A stretch of 64,000 nt of DNA, from contig CAVCJG010000001.1 of NCBI GenBank assembly GCA_963602685.1, forward strand, positions 122,683 to 186,682. Direction: 5' to 3'. Below the pieces are notes generated by a model that saw nothing but the letters and a program-made list of their open reading frames with translations, did not search any database and was not told the DNA's origin. Shown piece by piece: positions 63,131-64,000 of the stretch; the first letter of the stretch is position 1; the number at the start of each line of letters is the position of its first letter. Both the position numbers and the translations under genes were made by a program. The stretch comes from Eggerthellaceae bacterium (lineage in GTDB: Bacteria; Bacillota; Clostridia; Christensenellales; UBA1242).

Positions 63131-63631
63131 ATGAAAAAATCAACAAAAGTAATTAGTGGTTTACTCGCCGGCGTTGCTATTGCCGGTGGACTTGCCACAG
63201 CGGGGCACTTTGTCGCACAGGACGTCAGGGCTTCAATCGACAATTCTAGCGCGATTGTGCAAGAAGACGTGAAATGGCTTGAAGCTTACGCATGCGACGA
63301 AGACGGCGGAACAGAAGGCATTTTGACGCTTAATAAAATGGTTGTCTTAATCGGTGAAGACACTATATTAGTCACCTTCGGGCAAGAGAAGGACGGCCAA
63401 ATAACTTGTTACAACGAATACGAAATTACAAATGACAATAACAATGCGTTTGATTATTACGTTATTAACAAAATCACTCAAACTGAAACCGGTAGAATTT
63501 ACAATGTTTATTTAGATTTTGAGTCGGTTGATAGAGCGATTGACGTTGTCGTAACAGGCAATCAGTTAGAGTTTGTCGATCCGATTTTGACTAAAGTTGA
63601 AATGCCTGTATTCATTGATTACGTGGCTTAA
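63131..63631 (+). CDS. membrane-anchored hypothetical protein (166 aa)
   Basis: RBS AAGGGGGAG; N-terminal TM VISGLLAGVAIAGGLATAG. Confidence 0.45.
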   Translation: MKKSTKVISGLLAGVAIAGGLATAGHFVAQDVRASIDNSSAIVQEDVKWLEAYACDEDGGTEGILTLNKMVVLIGEDTILVTFGQEKDGQITCYNEYEITNDNNNAFDYYVINKITQTETGRIYNVYLDFESVDRAIDVVVTGNQLEFVDPILTKVEMPVFIDYVA

Positions 63632-63757
63632 ATTATTTGAGTGTTATGTTATTTTGTGAGCGTTGGCGGGGACTCGTTAAATACTACCCGCTACCAGATA
63701 TCAAGATAGGTGGCCAATATTTTGATATTAATAAAAAATAAAAAAGGAGTGATGACG

Positions 63758-64000
63758 ATGGCATCAAAAAATTTATTAAGAGTTGATTTAAACGATATGG
63801 TTAAATCAATAAATTTGAAAAAAATTACAACAAGATACAACGAAAGAAAGGTTTGTATCGTTACACTTTTTAATGGAGAAATAATTGAATTTAAAGATTC
63901 AAATAAGTTGTATGACTTATTCGATGCTTATAAAAAGTGTGGGAAAATAGAAGGTTTGGTAAAAAGTCGTAAGCTTGTTGAAGAGTTTAAAACTGGCGAC
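63758..64000 (+). CDS. hypothetical protein, 3' end outside window
   Basis: RBS AAAAGGAG precedes the ATG at 63758. The frame stays open to the window edge (MASKNLLRVDLNDMVKS..). It is absent from the track because no stop is reached. Confidence 0.35.
   Translation, partial: MASKNLLRVDLNDMVKSINLKKITTRYNERKVCIVTLFNGEIIEFKDSNKLYDLFDAYKKCGKIEGLVKSRKLVEEFKTGD

Larger units (their letters stand above)
56637..64000. mobile_element. integrative element (prophage-like or other integrated element) inserted next to tRNA-Lys; right end outside window
   Basis: The integrase gene abuts the tRNA 3' end. An XRE repressor and a divergent operator/promoter region follow. All later genes are co-oriented, short-spaced and without housekeeping matches. 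The element looks more AT-rich than its flanks. Confidence 0.7.

Noticed and set aside
1-64000. Mycoplasma-type genetic code (TGA = Trp), given the Mollicutes-like traits
   Set aside because: Full-length conserved proteins are obtained with TGA as a stop. TGA terminates topA (1122-1124) and lepA (48578-48580) in ATGA overlaps. No conserved gene needs read-through.

Overview
AT-rich chromosomal segment from a low-GC Bacillota-type bacterium that uses the standard genetic code. TGA acts as a stop (for example the ATGA overlaps at topA/trmFO-like and lepA/hemW). Most of the window is housekeeping:
- topA, a trmFO-like gene and hslVU (Bacillus-like synteny), then trxA and nifS-iscU.
- A long Bacillus-type SRP RNA, and a T-box(Ile)-controlled type-2 ileS.
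- pepF, tadA, rlmH and lepA-hemW.
- The ylxM-ffh-rpsP-KH-rimM-trmD-rbgA-yraN cluster, plus tRNA-Arg(UCG) and tRNA-Lys(CUU).

Four accessory parts stand out.
1. Two giant paralogous surface proteins (1765 and 2144 aa) lie about 33 kb apart. They combine Listeria-Bacteroides/InlB-B-type repeats, GLUG repeats and, in copy A, a LamG-like module. Each is preceded by the same unusual upstream cassette:
   - an array of 5-6 tandem short GC-rich hairpins, phased 21-22 nt apart, with covarying stems and a conserved CATCAT linker;
   - DnaA-box-like TGTCCACA motifs on both sides of the promoter;
   - a near-consensus promoter whose exact 17-nt spacer is mostly a poly-T tract (T14 and T12), which makes it a candidate slipped-strand phase-variation switch;
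   - a conserved 5' UTR motif.
2. An M60-like secreted metallopeptidase.
3. An orphan VirD4/TraG-type coupling protein next to tRNA-Arg.
4. An integrative element at the 3' end of tRNA-Lys. It has a tyrosine integrase, an XRE repressor and a three-operator switch. Its first 6 kb encodes mostly small or membrane/secreted proteins, including GLUG and B-repeat proteins related to the chromosomal adhesins. It runs off the window.

Several genes appear to be leaderless, with a -10 box 6-7 nt before the ATG. All functional calls come from motif recognition by eye; no database search was run.
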